From NCBI GenBank assembly GCA_946611605.1, contig CAMODU010000002.1, positions 1 through 52,158 on the forward strand: a stretch of DNA of 52,158 nt, read 5' to 3'. Shown here one piece after another: positions 23,070 through 33,000 of the stretch. The notes under the pieces are model-generated. The model was not told the DNA's origin and ran no database searches. It saw only the letters and a list, made by a program, of their open reading frames with translations. The stretch's first letter is position 1. Each line of letters starts with the position of its first letter. The translations under genes and the position numbers were made by a program. The DNA comes from an uncultured bacterium (GTDB lineage: Bacteria; Bacillota_I; Bacilli_A; RF39; UBA660).

Positions 23070-23960
23070 ATGACAAAGTCTAAAGTTTATTTTACTAAAG
23101 AGATTACTCCTGAAAGTTTAATTAAAATATATGATGCATTAGGAGTAGAATTAGATGGTAATGTAGGTATTAAAATATCTACAGGTGAAAAGGGATCTAT
23201 TAATTATTTAAAACCAGAATTAATAGGTGATTTAGTTAATAAATTAAATGGAACTATTATTGAATGTAATACTGCATATCCTGGTAAAAGAAATACTGTA
23301 GAAGAACATATGCAAGTAGCAGAAGAACATGGATTTACTAAACTAGGTAAAGGTGTAGATATTATGGATGGACCAGGTGAGTTTAAAATTCCAGTTAAAG
23401 ATGGTAAACACTTAGAATATGATATTATTGGTGAGAACTTCAAGAACTATGATTCTATTTTAAATCTAGCTCATGGTAAAGGACATGCAATGGGTGGATT
23501 TGGAGCTAACTTAAAGAATCAATCTATAGGTATAGCATCTCGTAATGGTAAAGCATACATTCATGCATGTGGACATACAGATGATCCTAATAAATGTTGG
23601 TCTGATAAACATGAACAAATAGATTTTATTGAATCTATGGCAGAAGCAGCTAAAGCTGTATCAGATTATTGTAAAGATACAAATAAGAAAATTATATATA
23701 TTACTGTAATGAATAATATATCTGTTGATTGTGATTGTGATGCTCATCAAGGTAAACCAGTTATGGAAGATTTAGGGATAATAGGTTCATTAGATCCTGT
23801 AGCTAATGATCAAGTATTTATTGATATGCTATGGAATTCAACTGACCCAGGACATACAAAGATGATGGAAAGAGTAGATACAAGAGAAGGAAGACATATT
23901 ACTGACTATGCTGAATCAATTGGATTAGGTAGTAAAGAATATGAATTAATAGAAATCTAG
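23070..23960 (+). CDS. DUF362-like protein (uncharacterised family; assignment from memory)
   Basis: RBS is TAGGTGAAG. The product MTKSKVYFTKEITPESLIKIYDALG...ISTGEKG...IIECNTAYPGKRNT...LAHGKGHAMGGFGANLKNQSIG...VDCDCDAH resembles DUF362 proteins of Clostridia and Bacilli as I recall them. Confidence 0.6.
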   Translation: MTKSKVYFTKEITPESLIKIYDALGVELDGNVGIKISTGEKGSINYLKPELIGDLVNKLNGTIIECNTAYPGKRNTVEEHMQVAEEHGFTKLGKGVDIMDGPGEFKIPVKDGKHLEYDIIGENFKNYDSILNLAHGKGHAMGGFGANLKNQSIGIASRNGKAYIHACGHTDDPNKCWSDKHEQIDFIESMAEAAKAVSDYCKDTNKKIIYITVMNNISVDCDCDAHQGKPVMEDLGIIGSLDPVANDQVFIDMLWNSTDPGHTKMMERVDTREGRHITDYAESIGLGSKEYELIEI

Positions 23961-24100
23961 ATTACTATGATCTATTGGATATTTATCATAAAGTTGAAAG
24001 AAATGAATAATTAATTGTTTTATTATTTTATATATTGTTATATAATGAACTTACAACAAGACACTACATCAAGAGAATATATATAAATAAGCGTATTAAG

Positions 24101-24127
24101 GAGATGTAGTTTTTACATCTTCTTTTA
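24101..24127 (+). promoter_or_regulatory. Hairpin plus short T-run in the nrdD upstream region (terminator/attenuator or operator)
   Basis: GAGATGTA (24101-24108) pairs with TACATCT(T) (24114-24121) around loop GTTTT, followed by CTTTTATT. A related inverted repeat ATGTAAA / TTTACAT lies at 24143-24159. Confidence 0.4.
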
Positions 24128-24237
24128 TTATGTACAAAGTTGATGTAAACGTTTTACATTTACATTTATTTTTTAAAATAGCACAAAAACGTGGGTTAAA
24201 ATGACAAGTAAAAAATAAAAATGTAAAAAATGTTAAA

Positions 24238-24255
24238 TTGTTGCATCTGCAACAA
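24238..24255. promoter_or_regulatory. Perfect 18-bp palindrome upstream of nrdD (candidate operator)
   Basis: TTGTTGCA-TC-TGCAACAA lies 55 nt upstream of the nrdD ATG and overlaps a TTGCAT -35-like hexamer. Confidence 0.4.
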
Positions 24256-24309
24256 AATAAAAAATATAGGGGTGTTATGATAAAGGTGTAATATAGAGGA
24301 GAGGTAATT

Positions 24310-26499
24310 ATGAAAATAATTAAAAGAGATGGAACAATAGTTGACTATTGTCCAGAGAAGATTGAGATAGCAATATCAAAGGCCAATGCTGAAGTTGACA
24401 AGGCGGAAAAAGTCACTGATAAGCAAATCCATGATATTATTAAGTACATTGAAGGTTTGAATAAGAAAAGAATGCTAGTTGAAGATATTCAAGATATTAT
24501 TGAAACTAGATTAATGGAAATTGGTAAGTATGAATTAGCTAAGTGTTATATCAAATATAGATATACAAGAGAATTAGTAAGAAGATCTAATACTACTGAT
24601 AAATCTATTAAAGAATTAATAGATGGTGAATCAGAATATTGGAATACTGAAAACTCAAATAAGAATGCTAGAGTAGTAACTACTCAAAGAGATTATTTAG
24701 CAGGTATTACAAGTACAGATATTACTCGTAGATTCTTACTACCTGAAGATATTGTTAAAGCTCATGATGCTGGTATTATCCATTTCCATGATGCTGACTA
24801 TTTTGCACAAAATGCATTACATAACTGTGACTTAATTAACTTAGAAGATATGTTACAAAATGGAACTAATATAAATGGTGTTATGATTGAATCTCCTCAT
24901 AGATTCTTAACAGCTATGACTATAGCAACACAAATCATTACATCAGTTACATCATCACAATATGGTGGTGCAACAATTACATTAACTCATTTAGCTCCAT
25001 TTGTTAGAAAATCTAAAGAGGCATATATTAAGAAATATTCTGAAAGAAAACTAACAAAGAAGCAAGTTGAAGAATTTGCAATGCAAGATTTAAAGAGAGA
25101 AATAATTGATGGAGTTCAAACATTCCAATATCAAATTAATTCAATGACTACTACAAATGGTCAAGCTCCTTTCTTATCAGTTGCTATGTATTTAGGTGAA
25201 ACTGATGAATATAAAGAAGAACTTGCTATGATTATTGAAGAAGTATTAAATCAAAGAATTCAAGGTATGAAGAATGAAAAAGGTGTATATGTAACACCTG
25301 CATTCCCTAAATTATTATATGTACTTGAAGAAGATAATATTAAACCAAAATCTAAATATTACTATTTAACTAAGTTAGCTGCTAAGTGTACAGCTAAACG
25401 TATGGTACCAGATTATATATCTGAAAAAGTAATGAAAGAATTAAAGAAAAATGAATTTGGTGAAGGTGAATGTTATCCATGTATGGGATGCCGTTCATTC
25501 TTAACTCCTGATAGATCTATTTCATTAGGTAATATTGCTAAAGCTGGAAACTATGTTGAAGGTAAAGGTAAATACTATGGTAGATTTAATCAAGGTGTTG
25601 TTACAATCAACTTACCAGATGTAGCTTTATCATCAGGTAAAGATATGAAATTATTCTGGCAAATATTAAATGAAAGATTAGATTTATGTCATAGAGCATT
25701 ACAATTAAGACATGAAAGATTATCTCATGCTACATCAGATGTTGCTCCAATTTTATGGCAACATGGTGCATTAGCAAGATTAGGTAAAGGTGAATCTATT
25801 CATGAATTATTACATCATGGATATTCAACTATATCATTAGGATATGCTGGTCTTTACGAATGTGTTAAATATATGACTGGTCATTCACATACTGATAATG
25901 GTAAAGGTAAAGAATTCGGTCTAGAAGTATTACAAAAATTAAATGATGCTTGTAAAGAATGGAAGGCTGCTGAAGATATCGATTATTCAGTATATGGTAC
26001 ACCAATTGAATCTACAACTTATAAATTTGCTAAAGCTTTAAGAGAAAGATTTGGTGTAATTAAAGGTATTACAGATAGAGATTATATAACTAACTCATAT
26101 CATGTACCTGTATTTGAAGAAATAGATGCATTTACTAAGTTAAAATTAGAATCTGAATTCCAAAAATTATCTCCAGGTGGAGCTATCTCTTATATTGAAA
26201 CTGCTCACTTAGAGAATAATTTAAATTCAGTTATGGAAGTTATTAAATTTATCTATGATAATATCATGTATGCAGAATTGAATACTAAGAGTGATTATTG
26301 TCATGAATGTGGATATACTGGTGAAATCTTAATTGATGATAACTTAGAATGGTATTGTCCAAATTGTGGTAATAGAGACCATGATAAATTAAATGTAGCA
26401 AGAAGAACATGTGGTTACATTGGTACTAACTTCTGGAATAGAGGAAGAACTCAAGAAATAAAAGAAAGAGTAATTCACTTAGATAATAAGGACGATTAA
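24310..26499 (+). CDS. nrdD: Anaerobic ribonucleoside-triphosphate reductase (class III)
   Basis: RBS is GAGGAGAGG. The N-terminal ATP-cone is IIKRDGTIVDY. The C-terminal Zn site is CHECGY...CPNCG. The glycyl-radical motif is ARRTCGYIG. Confidence 0.95.
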   Translation: MKIIKRDGTIVDYCPEKIEIAISKANAEVDKAEKVTDKQIHDIIKYIEGLNKKRMLVEDIQDIIETRLMEIGKYELAKCYIKYRYTRELVRRSNTTDKSIKELIDGESEYWNTENSNKNARVVTTQRDYLAGITSTDITRRFLLPEDIVKAHDAGIIHFHDADYFAQNALHNCDLINLEDMLQNGTNINGVMIESPHRFLTAMTIATQIITSVTSSQYGGATITLTHLAPFVRKSKEAYIKKYSERKLTKKQVEEFAMQDLKREIIDGVQTFQYQINSMTTTNGQAPFLSVAMYLGETDEYKEELAMIIEEVLNQRIQGMKNEKGVYVTPAFPKLLYVLEEDNIKPKSKYYYLTKLAAKCTAKRMVPDYISEKVMKELKKNEFGEGECYPCMGCRSFLTPDRSISLGNIAKAGNYVEGKGKYYGRFNQGVVTINLPDVALSSGKDMKLFWQILNERLDLCHRALQLRHERLSHATSDVAPILWQHGALARLGKGESIHELLHHGYSTISLGYAGLYECVKYMTGHSHTDNGKGKEFGLEVLQKLNDACKEWKAAEDIDYSVYGTPIESTTYKFAKALRERFGVIKGITDRDYITNSYHVPVFEEIDAFTKLKLESEFQKLSPGGAISYIETAHLENNLNSVMEVIKFIYDNIMYAELNTKSDYCHECGYTGEILIDDNLEWYCPNCGNRDHDKLNVARRTCGYIGTNFWNRGRTQEIKERVIHLDNKDD

Positions 26500-26500
26500 T

Positions 26501-27007
26501 ATGAGATACAATAAGATAAGAAAGATGGATATCTCTAATGGGCCAGGTGTTAGAGTATCTGTATTCTTCCAAGGATGTGCTTTTCATTGTAAGAATTGTT
26601 TCAATCCTGAAACATGGGATTTTGATAAAGGTGAAGAATTCACTGATGAAACAATAGAACACATACTTGATCTATGCGATAATGATTATATTGTAGGATT
26701 ATCTATGTTAGGTGGAGAGCCTATGCATCCAACTAATTTACCTGGTACAACTAAACTAGCTAAAGCTTTTAAGGAAAGATTTCCTAATAAGAGTCTTTGG
26801 TCTTGGTCAGGATTCACATATGAAGACTATGTATCTAAACAAGAGGTTATTAATTACTTAGATGTATTAGTAGATGGTCAATATGTAGATGAACTAAGAA
26901 ATCCTAAACTTAAATATGCAGGATCATCTAATCAAAGAGCAATAGATGTTAAAAAGAGTTTAAAAGCTGGTAAGGTTATATTATTTGACGATGAAGAAGA
27001 AGAGTAA
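26501..27007 (+). CDS. nrdG: Anaerobic ribonucleotide reductase activating protein (radical SAM)
   Basis: It starts 1 nt after the nrdD stop. Boxes are ISNGPGVRVSVFFQGC.FHCKNCFNPETW (CxxxCxxC) and GLSMLGGEP. Confidence 0.93.
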   Translation: MRYNKIRKMDISNGPGVRVSVFFQGCAFHCKNCFNPETWDFDKGEEFTDETIEHILDLCDNDYIVGLSMLGGEPMHPTNLPGTTKLAKAFKERFPNKSLWSWSGFTYEDYVSKQEVINYLDVLVDGQYVDELRNPKLKYAGSSNQRAIDVKKSLKAGKVILFDDEEEE

Positions 27008-27055
27008 TCTTCTTCTTTTACTTTATTTATGGTACAATAAGTTTAGGTGATGGCC

Positions 27056-28567
27056 ATGAATAAGGTAATAATGATTATCTTGGATGGTTTTGGTGTAGGT
27101 AAAGATTATGAAGGTAATGCTATAAAGAAAGCCAACATGAGTTGTTATAATGAATTATTAGATTTATATCCTAATACTACATTAATGACAACTGGTGAAA
27201 ATATAGAATTACCAGAAGATAAAAGAATAGACTGTGAAGTATCACATCTTATTTTAGGTGCAGGAAAAGTTGTACCTCAAGACATTACTATTTGTAATGA
27301 TAATTTATCATCTACACTTATAGAACAAAATGAAAAACTTATAGAATTATTAGAATATTTAAAAGAAACAGATGGAAACCTACATTTAGCAGGTATGGTA
27401 TCTGACGGTAAAGTTTATTCTGATATAAGATACTTTAAACACTTTATTGCACATTTAAAGAATATGGGTGTTAAAAAGCTATACTTCCATGCTATTACAG
27501 ATGGTGTAGATGTACCTGATAATACTGCTATTAATTATTTAAATGATTTAGATAGTCATATGAAAGAAGTAGGTTTAGGTAAGATCGCTACTGTATGTGG
27601 TAGAACATATGCAATGGATAGAGATGATAACTTTAAACATACTAAAGCATTCGTAGATCTTATTACACAAGGTAAGGGTGCTAAAGTATCATCATATGAA
27701 AGAGCAATTAATACATGTTATAAGAAAGATATACATGATAAAGATATTCCGCCTATAATAATAGATGAAAAAGCTGTTATTGAAGGTGGAGATGTTCTAT
27801 TATGGTTAAATTATAGAGAAGATAGAGCAAGACAAACATTAGGTGCTATTTGTAATGTTACTTTTAAAGAATTTAGAGTTAAAAAATTAACTGGTTTAAA
27901 AGTAGCATCAATATTACCTATTGATGAAGTAGATAGTTTAATTAATTTAATAGATAAAGATGAAGCTGAATATTCTATAGGGCAATATTTGAGTTTACTT
28001 GGAATGAAACAAGCAAGAATAGCAGAAGAAGATAAATTTGGTAATCTATCATATTATTTTAATGGATGTACTGATAAGCGATTAAAAGGTTTAGATAACT
28101 TCATAATACCTTCATATCCTAGAAATGAAACTATTAATCATCCAGAAATGAATATAGAAGGAATTACTAAACAAGCAATTAAATGTATTGAACATGATTA
28201 TGATTTTATAGTTGTTAACATAGAAGCACCTGATATCTTTGGACATTTAGGTGATATGGATAAAGCTATTCAATCATTAGAAATATTAGATAATAACTTA
28301 GAAAAAATATGTGAAGTATGTGATGATGAATTCTATAAATTAATTATTACAGCTGATCATGGTAATATAGAAGAAATGATAAATGAAGATGGTACACCTA
28401 ATAAAGGACATACAGCTAATCCTGTACCATTTATAATAAGAGATAAGAATGTATTACTTAAGAGTCGTGGTAATATAGCTCAAGTAGCTGGTACTATACT
28501 TAAGTATATGGATATAGCAATACCTAAAGAAATGCAAGATTCAGGTATTATATTTAGAGAAGAGTAA
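27056..28567 (+). CDS. Cofactor-independent phosphoglycerate mutase (iPGM/alkaline-phosphatase superfamily) homologue, divergent active site
   Basis: ORF track gives 27047, a GTG inside AGGTGAT; ATG 27056 is preferred. The protein is colinear with iPGM: IILDGFG, GRTYAMDRD, NYREDRARQ, RIAEEDKFGNLSYYFNG, PDIFGHLGD, ITADHGN, GHTANPVP. However, the GNSEVGH box reads IDCEVSH (Ser to Cys), SDGGVHSH reads SDGKVYSD, and DGRD reads DGVD. Confidence 0.7.
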   Translation: MNKVIMIILDGFGVGKDYEGNAIKKANMSCYNELLDLYPNTTLMTTGENIELPEDKRIDCEVSHLILGAGKVVPQDITICNDNLSSTLIEQNEKLIELLEYLKETDGNLHLAGMVSDGKVYSDIRYFKHFIAHLKNMGVKKLYFHAITDGVDVPDNTAINYLNDLDSHMKEVGLGKIATVCGRTYAMDRDDNFKHTKAFVDLITQGKGAKVSSYERAINTCYKKDIHDKDIPPIIIDEKAVIEGGDVLLWLNYREDRARQTLGAICNVTFKEFRVKKLTGLKVASILPIDEVDSLINLIDKDEAEYSIGQYLSLLGMKQARIAEEDKFGNLSYYFNGCTDKRLKGLDNFIIPSYPRNETINHPEMNIEGITKQAIKCIEHDYDFIVVNIEAPDIFGHLGDMDKAIQSLEILDNNLEKICEVCDDEFYKLIITADHGNIEEMINEDGTPNKGHTANPVPFIIRDKNVLLKSRGNIAQVAGTILKYMDIAIPKEMQDSGIIFREE

Positions 28568-28578
28568 GAGGGACTAAT

Positions 28579-29955
28579 ATGATTGTATCAAAGAATATAT
28601 TAAGGGAAGCTGATATAAGAGGTATATATCCTAAAGAAGTAACTGAATATGTTGCTTTAAAGCTAGGATATGTATTTGCTGAGTATGCTAAAAAGAATAA
28701 ACAAGAATATGTAGTAGTAGGTCATGATAATAGATTTGGTGGACCTGAATTAACTAAAAATATAATTGAAGGTCTAACATATTCAGGCATAAATGTATTA
28801 TATGTAGGACTTGTTACTACTCCTATGTTAAACTTTGCATCACATAAACTTGAAAAAGAATATGGGATAATGGTTACTGCTTCTCACAATCCTAAAGATT
28901 ACAATGGATTTAAATTATTTGGTAAAGATTATCTTCATTGCTCTCATGAAGATTTAGATTATATTTATACTAGATTATTAGATAATAATTATAAATGTAC
29001 TAATGCTAAAGTACATGGTAAAGTTGAAAATATTGATATATCTAACATATATGCTAGATATTTATCTAAGAAATTTACTTTTGGTAAAAGACATTTAAAA
29101 TGTGTAATTGACTGTGGAAATGGAACTGGTTCTACTATTGTCAGAAAAGTATATGATAAATTACCTTTTGATGTAACATATATTTATTCTGATTCTGATC
29201 CTAATTTTCCATTTCATCATCCAGATCCAAATGTTAAAGCTAACTTAAAAGATCTTTGTAAGATGGTTAAGAAAGTTGGAGCAGATGTAGGACTTGCATA
29301 TGATGGGGATGCTGATAGAATAGGTATAGTTGATAATAAAGGAAATGTAGTAGAAGCTGATACTATGATGTCTGTTATCGCTCCTTCTATTATTAAAAAA
29401 GATAAGACTAAACCAATTCTTGTTGATGTTAAATGTTCAAATATTATAAGAGATACTGTTATAGATGCAGGTGGAACATATATAGATACAACACCTTCAA
29501 GTGCAAGACAAGAAGATTTGATGGTATTTGAAGATTGTTTATTTGGTGGACAATATGCAAATCATATATTCTTTAGAGATTCACATCCTGGATATGATGA
29601 TGGAATATATGCTGGATTAAGATTTCAAGAAATATTAACTCATACTAATAAAGATTTATATGATATAGTTAAACCTAAATTATCTAAATATTTCCATACG
29701 GATGAAATAAAAATAAGTACTACAGATACTAAGAAGTGGAAAGTAGTAGAAGAAGTTAAAAAATATGCAAATATGCGTAATTATAAATATGATACTATAG
29801 ATGGTATAAGAGTAATAAAAGAAAACTCTTGGGCACTTGTTAGAGCGTCTAATACAGGACCTAATTTAACTGTTAGATTTGAAGCTACAAGTAAAAAAGA
29901 ACTAGCAGCTATTCAAAAGGAATTCTTAGACCTTGTAGGTATAGTAAATAAATAA
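28579..29955 (+). CDS. Phosphomannomutase/phosphoglucomutase (alpha-D-phosphohexomutase family)
   Basis: RBS is AGAGGGA, 11 nt after the upstream stop. Boxes are ADIRGIY, the active-site loop TASHNPKDYNGFK, the metal loop AYDGDADRIG, and the phosphate-binding RASNTGP. Confidence 0.88.
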   Translation: MIVSKNILREADIRGIYPKEVTEYVALKLGYVFAEYAKKNKQEYVVVGHDNRFGGPELTKNIIEGLTYSGINVLYVGLVTTPMLNFASHKLEKEYGIMVTASHNPKDYNGFKLFGKDYLHCSHEDLDYIYTRLLDNNYKCTNAKVHGKVENIDISNIYARYLSKKFTFGKRHLKCVIDCGNGTGSTIVRKVYDKLPFDVTYIYSDSDPNFPFHHPDPNVKANLKDLCKMVKKVGADVGLAYDGDADRIGIVDNKGNVVEADTMMSVIAPSIIKKDKTKPILVDVKCSNIIRDTVIDAGGTYIDTTPSSARQEDLMVFEDCLFGGQYANHIFFRDSHPGYDDGIYAGLRFQEILTHTNKDLYDIVKPKLSKYFHTDEIKISTTDTKKWKVVEEVKKYANMRNYKYDTIDGIRVIKENSWALVRASNTGPNLTVRFEATSKKELAAIQKEFLDLVGIVNK

Positions 29956-29987
29956 AAGTATGTACTTTACATACTTTTTATTTTTTT
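29954..29987 (+). terminator. Intrinsic terminator
   Basis: AAAAGTATGTA (29954-29964) pairs with TACATACTTTT (29968-29978) around loop CTT, followed by a long T-run. Confidence 0.8.
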
Positions 29988-30058
29988 GTAAATATCTTTT
30001 ATTAAAATATAGGTATCACATAAATTCTATAATATAATTAAAATAGGGTGAAAAGTAT

Positions 30059-33000
30059 ATGAACAAGCATTTGAGAGCGGGTTTGCTTGTATTAGTTTTG
30101 TTTTTATCAATAGGGTTTGCTACAGTTACAACAAACCTATTTATGAATTCTAATGCAACAATCGCATATAACCAAAATGATTTTCAAGTTATATTTACTA
30201 AAGCTGTGGCTAATAAAGAAGGAACAGCTTCTATTTCTGATGACGGAAAATCTATTACATATACTACACATGAACTTGTTGAATTAAATGATCAATCAAT
30301 ATTAGATTATAAAATAACTAATAATTCATCTCAATATGATGCAGATATAAATATATCAGTTAAAGTATATGATGAAAACAATAATGAAATAGATCTTAAT
30401 GAATATTTTACTATTGAAGAAACAATTCAACCTACTAATACTTTAGAAGCAAGAACATCTACTGATGGTCAATTAACTGTTACTTTAACTAAACAACCAA
30501 CAGAATCTCATACTTATAGATTTGAAATAGTATATGATATTGATACAATTGAAAGAGCATCAGCTGCTGATGGGACTGTTATTCCTAATGGAATAGAGGT
30601 AACATTTGATGCTAATGGTGGAGTAGCTTTAGATAATAATACTAAGATGGTTATGTATGATGCTTTATATGGTGATCTACCTGAAACTACTGCTGTTAAT
30701 TTAGCTTTTGAAGGATGGTATACAGATCCTGTAGCAGGTGAAAAAGTTACAGCTGATACTGTAGTATCAAATGCTGAACCTCATACATTATATGCACATT
30801 ATACAGATCCTGTAGCTGTATACAATACATATGGATACAATACATTACAAAAAGCTATTAATGCAGTACCAAAGAATGGTATAGAATCTACTGTAGATTT
30901 GTTAAAAAGTAGTAATGAAGATGTAAATGTATTTAGTAATCAAAACATTATATTAAATATGAATAATAATACCTTAACTAATACTGATATAGAAGGTACA
31001 TATTTATTTACTAATGAAGGAGAATTAACTGTTAATAACGGAATTATTAATGCATCAACTAGAGGTATTAATAATAGTAATAAATTAATATTAGAAAACA
31101 TGACTATTGATACTTCTTTAGTTGCTATATATAATGCAGCTGATTCAAATTTAAATATTAAATCAGGAAGTTATAATAGTGGCCAAAATAGTGTTATAAA
31201 TGATGGTGTTGTTTCGATTAATGGCGGTAATTTTACTAATAGTGGGGGGACATATCCAATTATCTTTAATTATGCAACATTAGATTTTAATGATGGTACA
31301 CTTAATTCTACTATTAGTAGAGGATTGTATACGTCTGCTACTGGAACTACTAATATAACTGGTGGAACAATAACTGGTGAAACAACTGCTAAAAATTTAG
31401 TTTATAATATGGGTGTAACTAATATAAGTGGTGGTAATATTACAGCTGGTTCTTCTGGCTCATATACCGTATTTAATGGAACTACTGGAACTATGACAGT
31501 TTCAGGTGGTTCATATAGCAACACTAATGCTACTATATTTATGAATCAAGGAACTATGGATGTTTTACCAACAACTGTGATTGAAAATTCTCCTAAAACT
31601 ATTTTTGCTGCTAATGGTAGTAGTGCAAAAACAACAATTAAAGGTGGTACATATAGTGCAAGTTCATCAATTATTTATCCACAAGGATCATCTACTGTAA
31701 TTGTTGAAGATGGTACATATACATCATCTACAAATGTTGCAAATTGTAATGGTGGTAATTTGACAATTGAAGGTGGAAATTTTACTGCCACAGCATCTAA
31801 TTATCCTGGTGTTGTACAACAAGCTAATGGATCAATAACTATTAATGGTGGAACAATTAATACTCAATCATATGCTTTGTGGGCAAAAGGTAAAATTACT
31901 CTTAATGGAGGAACAGTAAAATCTGAAAAGAATTATACTGTTAATGTAGAGTCGACTGGTACATTTGAATTTAATGGAGGTACTCTTGAAGCAACTTCAA
32001 CCTCAAGCGTTATGATTAACTCCAATGGTATTACTAACATAAATGGAGGAAACTTTAATTATGTTGATAATGGTAAAATAGCTATTATAAATAGAGCAAC
32101 TGGAACAATGACTATTAATGAAGGTGCAGATATAACTATTGATGATACTAATGCTTTATATAATTATGGAACATTTAATTTAAACGGTGGTACAATTAGT
32201 ACAAATAATAATTATCCAGTAATTACTACTCAAAGTGGTGGTACTACTAATATAAATAGTGGAACTATTAATGGTAATAGTACTAATGCTATTGTTAATA
32301 CTGCTGGTACAACTAATATAAAAGGTGGGTCAATCAATTCTAATACTTCCTCAGCTATTGATGTAAAAGCTGATACAGTTAATATTACTGGAGGAACAAT
32401 TTCATCAACTCGTACTGGTATTTATGCTGAAGGTGGAACTACAAATATATCTGGTGGAACTATTACTAGCTCAGAAAGTAATGCTATTAGTTCTTCAGCA
32501 GGATCTACAGTTAATGTGTCTGGTGGGCAAATAACAAATGAGTCTACTTCAGCTGTCGTATATAATAAAGGTACAACAACTATAACTGGTGGTTCAATTA
32601 ATAGTGAAACCGCTTATCATACAATATATAATGAAGCTGATTCATTACTTAATATTAAGGATAATGCCGACATTAAATCGGTTAACAATACCGCTGTGAC
32701 AAATTATGGAACAGTCATGATGTATGGCGGAAATTTATATTCTAGTTCTGACACAAAAGTAACATTCTCTCAAGGTAATACAGGTGGATTAATAATGTCT
32801 GGTGGTACTATAACAACTAAAAAAGGTAATGCTATTAATATATTAGAAGGTGGAGCTGCCAATATAACTGGTGGACTTGCATCAAGTGAGGAAACTGGTA
32901 CAGCACCTGTTATTTATTCATCAGGAACACTTACAATATCCGATAGTCCTACTATTTCATCTTTAGGAAATAATAGATTAATAACCATATCAAGTACTGG

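Noticed and set aside
24055-24080. An NrdR box upstream of nrdD (ACACTACATCAAGAGA)
   Set aside because: About 11 of 16 positions match the acaCwAtATaTwGtgt consensus. The sequence is not palindromic, and no second box lies at the usual spacing of about 31 bp.
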